A stretch of DNA of 64,000 bases from an uncultured Dehalococcoidia bacterium. Lineage in GTDB: Bacteria; Chloroflexota; Dehalococcoidia; Lucifugimonadales; CAJWER01. Position numbers and translations under genes: made by a program. Under the pieces are notes generated by a model. The model did no database searches and was not told where the DNA came from. It saw nothing but the letters and a program-made list of their open reading frames with translations. The stretch covers positions 23,549-87,548 of the forward strand of contig CAYFFO010000005.1 in NCBI GenBank assembly GCA_964342485.1, given 5' to 3'. The first letter of the stretch is position 1. Every line of letters starts with the position of its first letter. Shown in pieces: positions 37,188 to 46,963 of this stretch.

Positions 37188-38195
37188 ATGACAGATTTAC
37201 GACTAAATCATTTTTGGTGGTTCAGATATAAAATCAAGAATGTAATATTGAACTCTGCTTTTTTGGTACTTCTTGCTTTTATAGGTTGTACTTCATCTGA
37301 AGGTGAAATGAAGTCAGAATCAAACGATGAAGTTAACGCTATGTCAAGGATAGCATTCGTTTCTAAACGTGATGGCAATTGGGAAATTTACGTAATGAAT
37401 GCAGATGGTTCAAGCAAAAAAAATATTACTAATAATGAAGCTCTAGATAGCCATCCATCTTGGTCAAGTAAAGATTCTCGTATCGTTTTTTCATCCGATA
37501 GAGATGGTGACAGAGAAATATTTGTTGTGGACTCTGATGGATCGAATATTGAACAGTTAACCGATAACCAATATACAGATCATATGCCAGCCTGGTCTCC
37601 GGATGGTTCCAAAATTGCTTTCGTGTCAGATAGAGAGGATAGACCAACGTTGTGGGTTATGGAAAGTGACGGTTCTAACCCCGTGAATTTGACGCCAAAG
37701 CAAGTAAATATACGTTGGCCGGCATGGTCGCCCGATAGTACCAGGATCGTATATGAACATAATTCAGCTATCCATGTGATTGAATATACGGGAGATAATG
37801 TTAAGAGGATCGTAAGAGACAGGAAAGATATAGATGGATTTTTTGTTGGCTGGCCTGATTGGCGTCCTGATGGACACAAGATTGCAGTTACTATGAGATA
37901 TGGGTTAAGAGGAGCTCCTCCGAGTGTTTATTTTTTGGATCCTGATGGAGAAAATATGCGACCTCTTAGAAGAAAACCAGGCACTTTAACAGAAGAACGT
38001 CCCACATATTCTCCAGACGGAAAATATATTGGGTTTTCTTCTTATGGAGAAGGTAATGAATCCGATATATTTATTGCCGAGATTGGGAAGAATACCCGCA
38101 TAAAATTGACAGATGATCCAGCTCTGGATGGATTCCCATCGTGGGAGAAAACAGGATTTGTACCAGACTACTCTTTATTGACAATATCAGAATAA
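37188..38195 (+). CDS. TolB-like PD40 (WD40-like) beta-propeller lipoprotein
   Basis: Lipobox LLAFIGC. Repeated units include HPSWSSKDSRIVFSSDRDGDREIFVVDSDGSN and MPAWSPDGSKIAFVSDRE. Confidence 0.75.
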   Translation: MTDLRLNHFWWFRYKIKNVILNSAFLVLLAFIGCTSSEGEMKSESNDEVNAMSRIAFVSKRDGNWEIYVMNADGSSKKNITNNEALDSHPSWSSKDSRIVFSSDRDGDREIFVVDSDGSNIEQLTDNQYTDHMPAWSPDGSKIAFVSDREDRPTLWVMESDGSNPVNLTPKQVNIRWPAWSPDSTRIVYEHNSAIHVIEYTGDNVKRIVRDRKDIDGFFVGWPDWRPDGHKIAVTMRYGLRGAPPSVYFLDPDGENMRPLRRKPGTLTEERPTYSPDGKYIGFSSYGEGNESDIFIAEIGKNTRIKLTDDPALDGFPSWEKTGFVPDYSLLTISE

Positions 38196-38256
38196 AAACT
38201 GAGATATTGGTTTGTTTGGATGGTTAAATTTTCAATGAAAAGCATCTTATAACGAA

Positions 38257-39246
38257 TTAATGAGCGTGGTGTGTTAAATAATGTTGTTTTAACAGATCTT
38301 CTCCAAAATCGTTTTCTATGTCCCTCCAAACTGAATGAACATGGTTTGCCATGTCTTGGATATTGTCATATTCGATAAGGAAACTTGGAGTGTGGATCCT
38401 GTAATAATGTGGCTGGTCATGGAATGCAAATCCAGCCCAAGCAAAATAGATATTGTCTATGCCATCTAATTTAAGTTTAGATAAGGCCTGATTTGCCAGG
38501 GCCTTAGGTTTTTTATCTATGTATAGTTTAATTAGTTGCATCAAAATATCTTTTTGTTCTGATGACATTTGGGATGCCTTCAATCCCAGTTGAACTTTTA
38601 ATTCTACATGAGAGCTAGATCTAGTAATTATGTCTGTTGGAGTTACAGGGTATATTGTTGCTATTTCCAGTTGTTGAGGAGTTAATTTGTATACAAGATT
38701 TCTTGCTATATCTTCCTCTTCTGCAAGAATACGTAGACCTTTGCTGGGACCAGTTTTGACTTCAGCAGGGTTTGCACCAAAAAATGATGGTGTTGGTAAG
38801 ATGTTCCCAGTTGAGTTTAATATTGTATAGTTTAATGATAAGTGGTGGCCTTCCAATCTCCATCCCCAAGGTTCTTTTCCTGTAGGATTACCAAATATTG
38901 ACTGAGTGTATAATCCTGAATCCCGATCATGTATTGAAACACCTTGTAAATTTTCTATTTGTCCTAAGATTTCCTCATGATTTATAATTTGCTTGGCCTT
39001 TGCAAGACCCATACTACTTAGGCCACTAGCCATTAGTGAATTTGCTAATGTGAGCTGTCTGTCTGACAGTTCTCCTCGATTAATACCTTTTCTAGTTTTG
39101 GGAATGTAATGCCAGTTATAGCGTTCCTTGGAGTTGAAATCAAAGGTAATTTTTGTTAGCTGGCTTTGTGATAAGGATGACATTAAGTTCGATGCTGACT
39201 TGGCCATAGATTGGGCAATTGTTTTTGTTACATCATTCTTAGTCAT
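38257..39246 (-). CDS. DUF3500-family protein
   Basis: WHYIPK, WGWRLEGHHLSLNY and HVHSVWRD resemble the DUF3500 pattern as I remember it. Size 329 aa. Confidence 0.5.
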   Translation of the reverse strand: MTKNDVTKTIAQSMAKSASNLMSSLSQSQLTKITFDFNSKERYNWHYIPKTRKGINRGELSDRQLTLANSLMASGLSSMGLAKAKQIINHEEILGQIENLQGVSIHDRDSGLYTQSIFGNPTGKEPWGWRLEGHHLSLNYTILNSTGNILPTPSFFGANPAEVKTGPSKGLRILAEEEDIARNLVYKLTPQQLEIATIYPVTPTDIITRSSSHVELKVQLGLKASQMSSEQKDILMQLIKLYIDKKPKALANQALSKLKLDGIDNIYFAWAGFAFHDQPHYYRIHTPSFLIEYDNIQDMANHVHSVWRDIENDFGEDLLKQHYLTHHAH

Positions 39247-39506
39247 AATTGAATTCCTCAGAGCGTTGACTTTTGAATCATGAGTATATCGTTATTGGGT
39301 GTTTGCTGTCATGTTTCATAGAAAGATAACAATTGGTTAGCATAAGGGGTTAATTCTAGTTAACAACTGAAGCTTTCTTCAATTTGGAATATACTTTTGC
39401 GTCTTTTCTGAGACAGGCATAAATTTAGGATGAGATTGAAAGTGTGTTAGGTAGGATGTAGAATCCGCTGTAATGAAGTTATTTTATTATAAAGTGAGGT
39501 ATTGAA

Positions 39507-39944
39507 ATGGAAAAAGAAGGACGAACGGTTGCTATCCAGCTCAGCGCTAAAAGTCACGAAACCTCTGTGAATCTTGAAGAAGTTAAATTTATTCAAGGTT
39601 ACGGTATCGAAGGGGATAGACATGCTACAGATAGAGAAGAAAGACAAGACTTTCAGGTTTTATTGATGGATATAGAAACACTTAGTGAATTGGGTCTTGA
39701 AGCCGGAACTATAAAAGAACAGGTTACTACTACAGGTATAGCTATAAATTCTCTTGACGCTGGAACAAACATTGCGTTAGGAGATGAAATCGTTGTGAAA
39801 ATAACAAAACCCTGTGCTCCCTGTTCTCGTATGGATGAAATAGAAGATGGCTTGCAGGAACAACTTCAGGATAGACGAGGTAAGCTTGCTAGAATAGTAA
39901 AAGGGGGGACATTAAGAGTCGGTGATACTGTCAAGGTTATCTAG
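39507..39944 (+). CDS. MOSC-domain protein
   Basis: GYGIEGDRHA and the conserved Cys region ITKPCAPCSRMD. Size 145 aa. Confidence 0.75.
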   Translation: MEKEGRTVAIQLSAKSHETSVNLEEVKFIQGYGIEGDRHATDREERQDFQVLLMDIETLSELGLEAGTIKEQVTTTGIAINSLDAGTNIALGDEIVVKITKPCAPCSRMDEIEDGLQEQLQDRRGKLARIVKGGTLRVGDTVKVI

Positions 39945-40008
39945 TCATGTAGATATACATGAAACTATGAGGTTTGGTTTATGATTTGGTATGAAAGGCG
40001 TTATTAAT

Positions 40009-41007
40009 ATGAAACGTTTGGTAGTAACTGGACCTAAACAGGTTGAATTTGAAGAGATTTCCATTCCTAAATGTCTGGACAATGGCCTGTTGGTAAAGTC
40101 AGTTGCTACAGCTGTTAGTACTGGCACAGAGTTACGAGTATATAGATGGATTCCTGTTGATGAGCAAGGAACAATGCTTCATGGTGGAGTGCCATTCCCT
40201 GATGGACCTACTGAAAATGGATATTCGATGGTTGGTGAAGTAGTCGAAATTGGTAACCAAGTTTCTGGATTTAGAATTGGGGAAAGAGTTTTCTTATCTG
40301 GAACTCACAAGGAATACGAATCAGTACTTGCGACTGATGTTTTTAAGATTCCTGACAGTATTCCTACTGAACAGGCAGTAATGTTGAATATATTGCATGT
40401 TGGACATGTTGCATTGAGAACAGGACAGCCTATTATTGGGGAAAATATTGCAGTAGTTGGTTTAGGAGTGATAGGTCAATCTGTAGTTGCATGGTGTAAA
40501 GCTTTCGGATTTACAACTGCAGGGATAGATATAGAAACAGCTCGGCTAAGTATAGCCAGAGCAATGGGTGCTAATATAGCGATAAGTCCATCCGATGAAA
40601 GATTCATTCCAGAAATTGGTAGAGTTTTCAATAATGAAGGGGCGGACCTTGCTATAGAAGCTGCTTCAACTTGGAAAGCTATTGAAACCAGTATGGATAT
40701 TGTTAGGACTAGAGGTAAAGTTGTAGTTATAGCAAGGCATACCGATCAACCTCACTATAATCTTGTTGGGCACCCATATTTGTCTAAACAGATCACACTA
40801 CGAACCGCGTATGGGACTGAGGATACTGGACAAAGATGGGACCGTGGTCATTGTTTTAGATTGGCCATTGATATGCTTGATCGGGGTGATTTATCTATTG
40901 ATCCTATGATAACTCATCATATTTCGTATAAGGAATTACCAGATATGTATAGAAAGTTAGATGAAGGTAATTTAGGCATATTGGGGATCGTTGTTAATTG
41001 GACTTGA
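40009..41007 (+). CDS. medium-chain (MDR) alcohol-dehydrogenase-family oxidoreductase
   Basis: MKRLVVTGPKQVEFEEISIP and the Rossmann motif AVVGLGVIGQS. The ORF track allows an alternative start at 39991. Confidence 0.75.
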   Translation: MKRLVVTGPKQVEFEEISIPKCLDNGLLVKSVATAVSTGTELRVYRWIPVDEQGTMLHGGVPFPDGPTENGYSMVGEVVEIGNQVSGFRIGERVFLSGTHKEYESVLATDVFKIPDSIPTEQAVMLNILHVGHVALRTGQPIIGENIAVVGLGVIGQSVVAWCKAFGFTTAGIDIETARLSIARAMGANIAISPSDERFIPEIGRVFNNEGADLAIEAASTWKAIETSMDIVRTRGKVVVIARHTDQPHYNLVGHPYLSKQITLRTAYGTEDTGQRWDRGHCFRLAIDMLDRGDLSIDPMITHHISYKELPDMYRKLDEGNLGILGIVVNWT

Positions 41008-41105
41008 TTGTTTTTTAAACAAAGTATTATTTTGTTTGACTCTAATTGTTAATTTATAGGTATTTGATTTAGAAATAAGCGAGCTGAATAAAAGGAGGTT
41101 TGTAA

Positions 41106-42149
41106 ATGGATTTATCAGGATATGTACAGACGGTTTTGGGTCCGGTAGACCCGGATGAAATTGGTCCTACAACTACTCATGAACATCTCCTGATTGATTT
41201 TACAATGATGTTTAAGCCTCCTACTGAGGCCAGTGAAAAGTTTAAAGCTTTTGCTCCTGTGACTTTAAACAATCTAGGTTGGATTAGATACAATCCGTTT
41301 AGAAACTTAGATAATCTTAAGTTATTTGATGAGTCAGTAGCAATTAACGAAACATTGGAGTTTAAAGCCCATGGAGGGAAGACTATAGTTGATGCTACTA
41401 CTATGGGTATTGGAAGAGATCCTCAGGCTCTTGCACGTATTTCTCGAGTCACGGGTACAAATATAGTTATGGGTGCAGGTTATTATGTGGATCCTGTTCA
41501 TCCTCAAGACATGAACGAAAAAAGTGTGGAAGAAATTGGGGAACAAATTGTCAACGAAATAAGGTATGGTGTCGGTGATACTGGAGTGAAGGCTGGAATT
41601 ATAGGAGAGTTAGGATGTTCTTGGCCACTAACTGAAAATGAACGCAAGGTGTTATTGGGAGCTGCATACGCTCAAGGAAATACTGGGGCTCCTATTTTGA
41701 TACATCCAGGTCGCAATATACGTTCGCCCTTTGAAATAGTCGATATTTTAGGAGAAGCTGGAGCGGACGTTGGAAGAGTAATTATGGGGCACCTTGATCG
41801 TACTATTTTGGACAGGGATGTCCTGATTGAGTTTGCCCAGCTTGGAACTTACCTGGAATACGATCTTTTTGGCTGGGAAGCCTCCTATTATCCGCTGAGT
41901 GAAATAGACATCCCGAGTGATGCACAGCGGATAGGATTCATAAAAAATTTGGTAGATGAAGGTTATTCTGAACGGATCGTTCTTGCTCATGATGTATGGG
42001 GTAAACATTCATTAAAAACCTATGGAGGTTATGGGCTTAGCCACATACTAGAAAACATTGTACCTAGAATACTGGAAAAGGGTATGACTGAAGTTGATGT
42101 AAACAATATGACTGTTTCAAATCCTGCCAGAATTCTTACGTTTGCATAA
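41106..42149 (+). CDS. phosphotriesterase-related (PTER/Php) amidohydrolase-superfamily protein
   Basis: GPTTTHEHLLIDF (HxH), ILIHPGR, GHLDR and LAHDVW. Size 347 aa. Confidence 0.8.
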   Translation: MDLSGYVQTVLGPVDPDEIGPTTTHEHLLIDFTMMFKPPTEASEKFKAFAPVTLNNLGWIRYNPFRNLDNLKLFDESVAINETLEFKAHGGKTIVDATTMGIGRDPQALARISRVTGTNIVMGAGYYVDPVHPQDMNEKSVEEIGEQIVNEIRYGVGDTGVKAGIIGELGCSWPLTENERKVLLGAAYAQGNTGAPILIHPGRNIRSPFEIVDILGEAGADVGRVIMGHLDRTILDRDVLIEFAQLGTYLEYDLFGWEASYYPLSEIDIPSDAQRIGFIKNLVDEGYSERIVLAHDVWGKHSLKTYGGYGLSHILENIVPRILEKGMTEVDVNNMTVSNPARILTFA

Positions 42150-42163
42150 AATAGGATAATTTT

Positions 42164-42631
42164 TTGGTTCTTCCAGAAGACAGATTACAAGACCTTGGTT
42201 TTTCATTACCCAATCCTCAGTCTCCAGTTGCCAATTATGTTCCGACTGTTAGGTCTGGTAACCTCTTGTTTCTCTGTGGAGCCGGACCATCTGAGGGACC
42301 AGATGGATTAATTCCGAAAGGTAAGCTAGGAGATAAGTTCACCACTGAGGATGGATATATGCACGCTAGATCTGTGGGTCTAGTACAAATAGCTAGATTG
42401 AAACAGGAATTGGGTCAATTGAGAAGGGTAAAGCGTATCGTCAAACTTTTTGCAATGGTTAATTGTTTACCAGATTTCGATGAACATCCTATAGTCATCA
42501 ACGGATGTTCAGATTTATTGGTAGAAATATTTGGGGACGCTGGTAAACATACAAGGTCTGCTATTGGTATGACCAGTTTGCCATTTAATATACCGGTTGA
42601 AATTGAAATGGTTGTAGAAATTACTAATTAA
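42164..42631 (+). CDS. RidA/YjgF/UK114-family protein (paralogue 1)
   Basis: LGFSLPNPQSPVANYVPTVRSGNLLF...RSAIGMTSLPFNIPVEIEMVVE. TTG start. Confidence 0.75.
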   Translation: MVLPEDRLQDLGFSLPNPQSPVANYVPTVRSGNLLFLCGAGPSEGPDGLIPKGKLGDKFTTEDGYMHARSVGLVQIARLKQELGQLRRVKRIVKLFAMVNCLPDFDEHPIVINGCSDLLVEIFGDAGKHTRSAIGMTSLPFNIPVEIEMVVEITN

Positions 42632-42742
42632 ATATTGATAGTTATTGATTCGGATATTTTTAACTAAAATTGTAAACATTGAATTGGGATTGGAATCGCG
42701 ATATAAGTGTAATAGAGATTTATTCAAACAGGAGTAATTTAT

Positions 42743-43228
42743 ATGGGATTAATTGAAGATAGAATAAAAGACTTGGGTTATATCTTACCGGATTCTGTTG
42801 CACCGGTAGCAAACTATGTGTCGACAGTTAAAGTTGAAGGACAAACAGGGTCAAATAGTGGTTTAGTTTTCACCTCTGGTCACGTCCCGAGAAATGAAGA
42901 CGGGAGTTTTATAGTTGGTAAACTTGGAAATGATTTCACTGCTGAACAGGGATATGATGCAGCTCAAAATGTTGCTCTTGGGATATTGAGTTCCCTAAAA
43001 GCTGAGTTGGGAGATTTAGATAAAATTAGCCGCATAATTAAAGTCCTTTGTATGATTAATGCAACAGATGATTTCAAAGATCATCCAGCAGTTGCAAATG
43101 GGGCTTCTGATTTGCTGGTTAAAGTATTTGCTGAAAAAGGAAAGCATGCCAGGTCTGCTGTTGGAATGTCTAGTTTGCCTGCAAATGTGCCTGTAGAAGT
43201 TGAATTGATTGTGGAATATTCCATTTAA
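42743..43228 (+). CDS. RidA/YjgF/UK114-family protein (paralogue 2)
   Basis: LGYILPDSVAPVANYVSTV...RSAVGMSSLPANVPVEVELIVE. Collinear with the preceding gene. Confidence 0.75.
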   Translation: MGLIEDRIKDLGYILPDSVAPVANYVSTVKVEGQTGSNSGLVFTSGHVPRNEDGSFIVGKLGNDFTAEQGYDAAQNVALGILSSLKAELGDLDKISRIIKVLCMINATDDFKDHPAVANGASDLLVKVFAEKGKHARSAVGMSSLPANVPVEVELIVEYSI

Positions 43229-43340
43229 TGCATCATTATTTTTACAACTTTAGACGATATTTCTAGATTAAAAGGCTATTGACCTTCAGTACTGAATTGA
43301 TCTTTATTCATGTGGCTTAATTCTGAAAGTTTAGGTTAGT

Positions 43341-44021
43341 ATGGTAGAACGTATTGCTCTGGTTGGCGGTGATGAGTTTTGTTTGGGCTGTGAGGATATG
43401 GACCTAGGTATTCTTGGTTTAACGGAAGTAAGTAATCCAAGGGTATTGATTCTTCCTACAGCAGCCGCTGAAGAAAATCCGGAGAAGGCTGTTTCTAATG
43501 GCGTTGAATATTTTCTAAGGCTTGGAATAAGAGCTAAAGGAATACCCGTATTAAATTCAGAGGATGCAAATAATCTGGAATTTGCATCTTATATAGGCCG
43601 GACAGATGTTATATACATTACAGGTGGTAATCCGGAATATTTGATAAAAACACTTAGACAAACAATCATTCTTAACGAGATTATCAAGGCTATAAGCAAC
43701 GGAATTATCTTGATAGCTTCCAGTGCCGGGGCGATGGTATTAGGTACCAGCATGTATCGTGGAACCTGGCAAAACGGTCTTGATATAGTAAATAAGGTAG
43801 CGATCCTTCCCCATCATGAAATTATTAGCTCTACTAACATATCGGGTATATTGAATGATGCACCGAACCACATAGATACAATATTAGGGATTGATTCTAG
43901 AACCGCTTGTCTTGGGACCCTAGATAATTGGGAAGTCCTGGGTATTGGAAACGTAACGTTATATGAGCGTGATAAAAGTCGGAATGATCTATTTGAAGAA
44001 AAACGGTTGATCTCAGGCTAA
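43341..44021 (+). CDS. peptidase S51 family (cyanophycinase / dipeptidase E-like)
   Basis: VLILPTAA, IYITGGN and the nucleophile region IASSAGAMVLG. Confidence 0.65.
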   Translation: MVERIALVGGDEFCLGCEDMDLGILGLTEVSNPRVLILPTAAAEENPEKAVSNGVEYFLRLGIRAKGIPVLNSEDANNLEFASYIGRTDVIYITGGNPEYLIKTLRQTIILNEIIKAISNGIILIASSAGAMVLGTSMYRGTWQNGLDIVNKVAILPHHEIISSTNISGILNDAPNHIDTILGIDSRTACLGTLDNWEVLGIGNVTLYERDKSRNDLFEEKRLISG

Positions 44022-44194
44022 GATGAACTTGTTTTGAGATAAATATTTAGGATAGTTATTTAAAGGTAATTAATTATTTTGATTTAATAGAATAGATATA
44101 TTCTTTATTAGATATCACTCATAGTATAATTTTGACCATACTAAAGATACGATGCTAGAATCTTTGCTATAACAGATAGGGATTGGTAGATAAT

Positions 44195-44950
44195 ATGTCT
44201 GGACACTCCAAATGGTCGACAATAAAACATGGTAAAGCGGTTACTGATGCTCGTAGGGGCAAGCTTTTTACGAAATTGACAAAAGAAGTCATTATTGCTG
44301 TTCGCGAAAGTGGACCTAATCCTGAAACCAATTTTCGCCTGAGACTTGCTATGCAAAAGGCTAAAGATAGTAATATGCCTTCAACTAATGTTGAACGTGC
44401 AATAAAACGTGCAAATGGTGACGATTCAGATGGTGCACGTATGGAGGAAGTCACTTATGAAGGATATGGGCCTGGTGGTACGGCAATATTGTTGCAGGCA
44501 TTAACTGATAACAGGAATAGGACAGTGTCTGATGTGAGGTCTACTTTTACCAAGTTGGGTGGTAATTTGGCAGAGGCAGGAGCAGTGTCCTGGCAATTTG
44601 AACAAAAGGGATTAATAGTTGTCGAATCAAATGGTGATAGTGAAGATTTAACGTTGGTTGCAATAGAAGCTGGTGCTGATGATTTTGAAACAATTGACAC
44701 TTCACTACATGCTTATTCCCTACCAGGAGAATTAGAAAATTTGCGAAAAGCTTTAACTGATTACGGAGCCGAGGTTACTTCGACTGAACTCACGATGCTG
44801 CCTATAAACACTGTTCCACTTGATGATAAAACAGCAAAAAAAGCACTAAATTTGTTAGATCAGCTTGAAGAGCTTGATGACACCCAGAAAGTATATTCAA
44901 ATGCTGATTTTACTGATGAAGTGTTGACTACATATGGGAATGAATCTTAG
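44195..44950 (+). CDS. yebC: YebC/PmpR-family transcriptional regulator
   Basis: MSGHSKWSTIKHGKAVTDARRGKLFTKL. Start moved to ATG 44195, which gives the canonical N-terminus. Confidence 0.9.
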   Translation: MSGHSKWSTIKHGKAVTDARRGKLFTKLTKEVIIAVRESGPNPETNFRLRLAMQKAKDSNMPSTNVERAIKRANGDDSDGARMEEVTYEGYGPGGTAILLQALTDNRNRTVSDVRSTFTKLGGNLAEAGAVSWQFEQKGLIVVESNGDSEDLTLVAIEAGADDFETIDTSLHAYSLPGELENLRKALTDYGAEVTSTELTMLPINTVPLDDKTAKKALNLLDQLEELDDTQKVYSNADFTDEVLTTYGNES

Positions 44951-45003
44951 TGATGACAAATCAAGTTTAATTAGTAAGGGCTTATCTGATCTGAGGATAT
45001 AAT

Positions 45004-45495
45004 TTGCGGATAATGGGAATAGATCCTGGAACTTATTCGATGGGTGTTGGTATTGTATCTTCAAATGGAGCAGACTTTACAATGGAATATCTTGATGTGA
45101 TTAAGCCCAAACGTAAAGATCCATTGGAATTACGACTGTTATTTTTATTTAATTCTTTATCTAAAATTGTATCTGAGTGGAATCCATTGGAAATTGCCAT
45201 AGAAGAACCTTTTGCCGCCAAAAATATCAAAACTGCAATTGCTATTGGTCATGCTCATGCTGTGGCCATGGTCGTGGCGGCAAAGAACTCGTTGGCTGTT
45301 TCCGGATATGCACCAAGATCAGTTAAAAGAGCAGTGACTGATTATGGGGGCAGTTCAAAAGAACAAGTACAAGAAATGGTAAGAATTTTATTAGATCTAA
45401 AAGTATTACCCCCAACAGATGCTGCTGACGCATTGGCAGTTGCTATCTGTCACTTGAATGCTCGTGAATTTCTGAATTTAAATTTCCAAGAGTAA
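45004..45495 (+). CDS. ruvC: crossover junction endodeoxyribonuclease RuvC
   Basis: MRIMGIDPGT, IEEPF and the C-terminal DAADALAVAICH. TTG start behind GAGGA. Confidence 0.9.
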   Translation: MRIMGIDPGTYSMGVGIVSSNGADFTMEYLDVIKPKRKDPLELRLLFLFNSLSKIVSEWNPLEIAIEEPFAAKNIKTAIAIGHAHAVAMVVAAKNSLAVSGYAPRSVKRAVTDYGGSSKEQVQEMVRILLDLKVLPPTDAADALAVAICHLNAREFLNLNFQE

Positions 45496-45500
45496 TAAAA

Positions 45501-46073
45501 TTGATAACTGCTTTAGAAGGTATACTAGCCGGAAAAGGTCTTTCATGGGCCGATGTTCAAGTTGGAGGCGTGACGCTTAGAGCTAACGTACCTGAATCCT
45601 CTATTTCTAATCTCGGTATGATTGGAGATAATCTGAAGCTATTCACATCCTTGCAAGTAAGAGACGACGGGATTTCTCTCTATGGTTTCGCGAGTGAAGA
45701 TCACAGGCAGGCTTTTGAAACACTTATAGGAGTAAGTGGGATTGGTCCCAGGCTAGCGCTAGGTATTTTATCTTCTTTATCCACTAAAGAACTAGCTCAT
45801 GCAATAATTTCGGGCGACTCTGGAGTTTTTAAACCGGTTCCAGGCGTGGGTACTAAAACTGCTAGTCGGATAGTTCTCGAATTAAAAGATAAAATAGACT
45901 GGGAGCCTTCGTCTGATTATAAACCGGCTGACAATGAAGATTTGATTGAAGCTCTGACAGCTCTGGGATATACCTTACAGGAAGCAAGAAATGCAGCCGA
46001 CTCTTTGACTGACGCATCGTCCAAATCATTAGAAGAGAAGGTTATACTTAGTCTTCAATCTATGGATGGTTAA
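45501..46073 (+). CDS. ruvA: Holliday junction DNA helicase subunit RuvA
   Basis: MITALEGIL, GVSGIGPRLALGILS and VPGVGTKTASRIVLEL (HhH motifs). Confidence 0.9.
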   Translation: MITALEGILAGKGLSWADVQVGGVTLRANVPESSISNLGMIGDNLKLFTSLQVRDDGISLYGFASEDHRQAFETLIGVSGIGPRLALGILSSLSTKELAHAIISGDSGVFKPVPGVGTKTASRIVLELKDKIDWEPSSDYKPADNEDLIEALTALGYTLQEARNAADSLTDASSKSLEEKVILSLQSMDG

Positions 46074-46845
46074 AAAATTGGAAACTGATTTTGATAATTG
46101 GGCAGATATTTACGACTCCATCTATGCTTATGTAAAAGAAGATATTAGTTTTTATCGTGAATTTGCAAAGAAGTGCAGTGGCCCAGTACTTGAATTAGGA
46201 TGTGGTACAGGTCGGGTATCGATTCCTGTTGCCGAAACTGGGGTGGAAATATATGGGTTAGATTCGTCTGATGCGATGTTAGAAGTTGCACGTCGTAAGG
46301 CTGATAGCCAATCGCTCAATAATATTTACTTAAAAAAAGGGGATATGCGAACTTTTGATCTCCAGAAAACTTTTAATCTGGTTTATATACCTTTTAGAGG
46401 ATTTTTGTCATTACTGAATGTCGAAGATCAACTGTCGTCACTAGCCTCGATAAAGAAACACATCGGACCTGAAGGATTATTTGTATTTAATATATTCGTA
46501 CCAGACCTTGATATGTTAGTTCAACCTGGAGATTCAGCGTATCATCTAAGAGACGTATATGATACTCGTTCTGATCAACGATTTATCATTTGGCATCAAA
46601 GTGAATACGATAACCATAATCAAATTATGAGTGCTCGAATTATTGTCGATCAAGTAGATAATGTCGGTTCAGTAACGGACAGGTTCTACCGAGATTTTAA
46701 ACTGAGATATATTCACCGTTGGGAGATGCAACATCTTTTGACAATTGCTGGTTTTGAGGTGGTAGATATTTTTGGTGATTTTGGGAATGGCGCCTTTGAC
46801 GATACGAGTGAAGAGATGATCTGGGTTGCACGCCCAATCAATTAA
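46066..46845 (+). CDS. class I SAM-dependent methyltransferase
   Basis: VLELGCGTGR motif I. Overlaps the ruvA stop by 8 nt. Confidence 0.8.
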   Translation: MVKKLETDFDNWADIYDSIYAYVKEDISFYREFAKKCSGPVLELGCGTGRVSIPVAETGVEIYGLDSSDAMLEVARRKADSQSLNNIYLKKGDMRTFDLQKTFNLVYIPFRGFLSLLNVEDQLSSLASIKKHIGPEGLFVFNIFVPDLDMLVQPGDSAYHLRDVYDTRSDQRFIIWHQSEYDNHNQIMSARIIVDQVDNVGSVTDRFYRDFKLRYIHRWEMQHLLTIAGFEVVDIFGDFGNGAFDDTSEEMIWVARPIN

Positions 46846-46963
46846 ACTGATTCGGTGGGGTTTGTTCTTACCGTGTTCAGTATAACTATCTATTTCAATC
46901 TAACATCGTTATAAGTTACAAAAGGTAATAACTTACTGTGTATGTGTTTTTGGAGGAGAAGAT

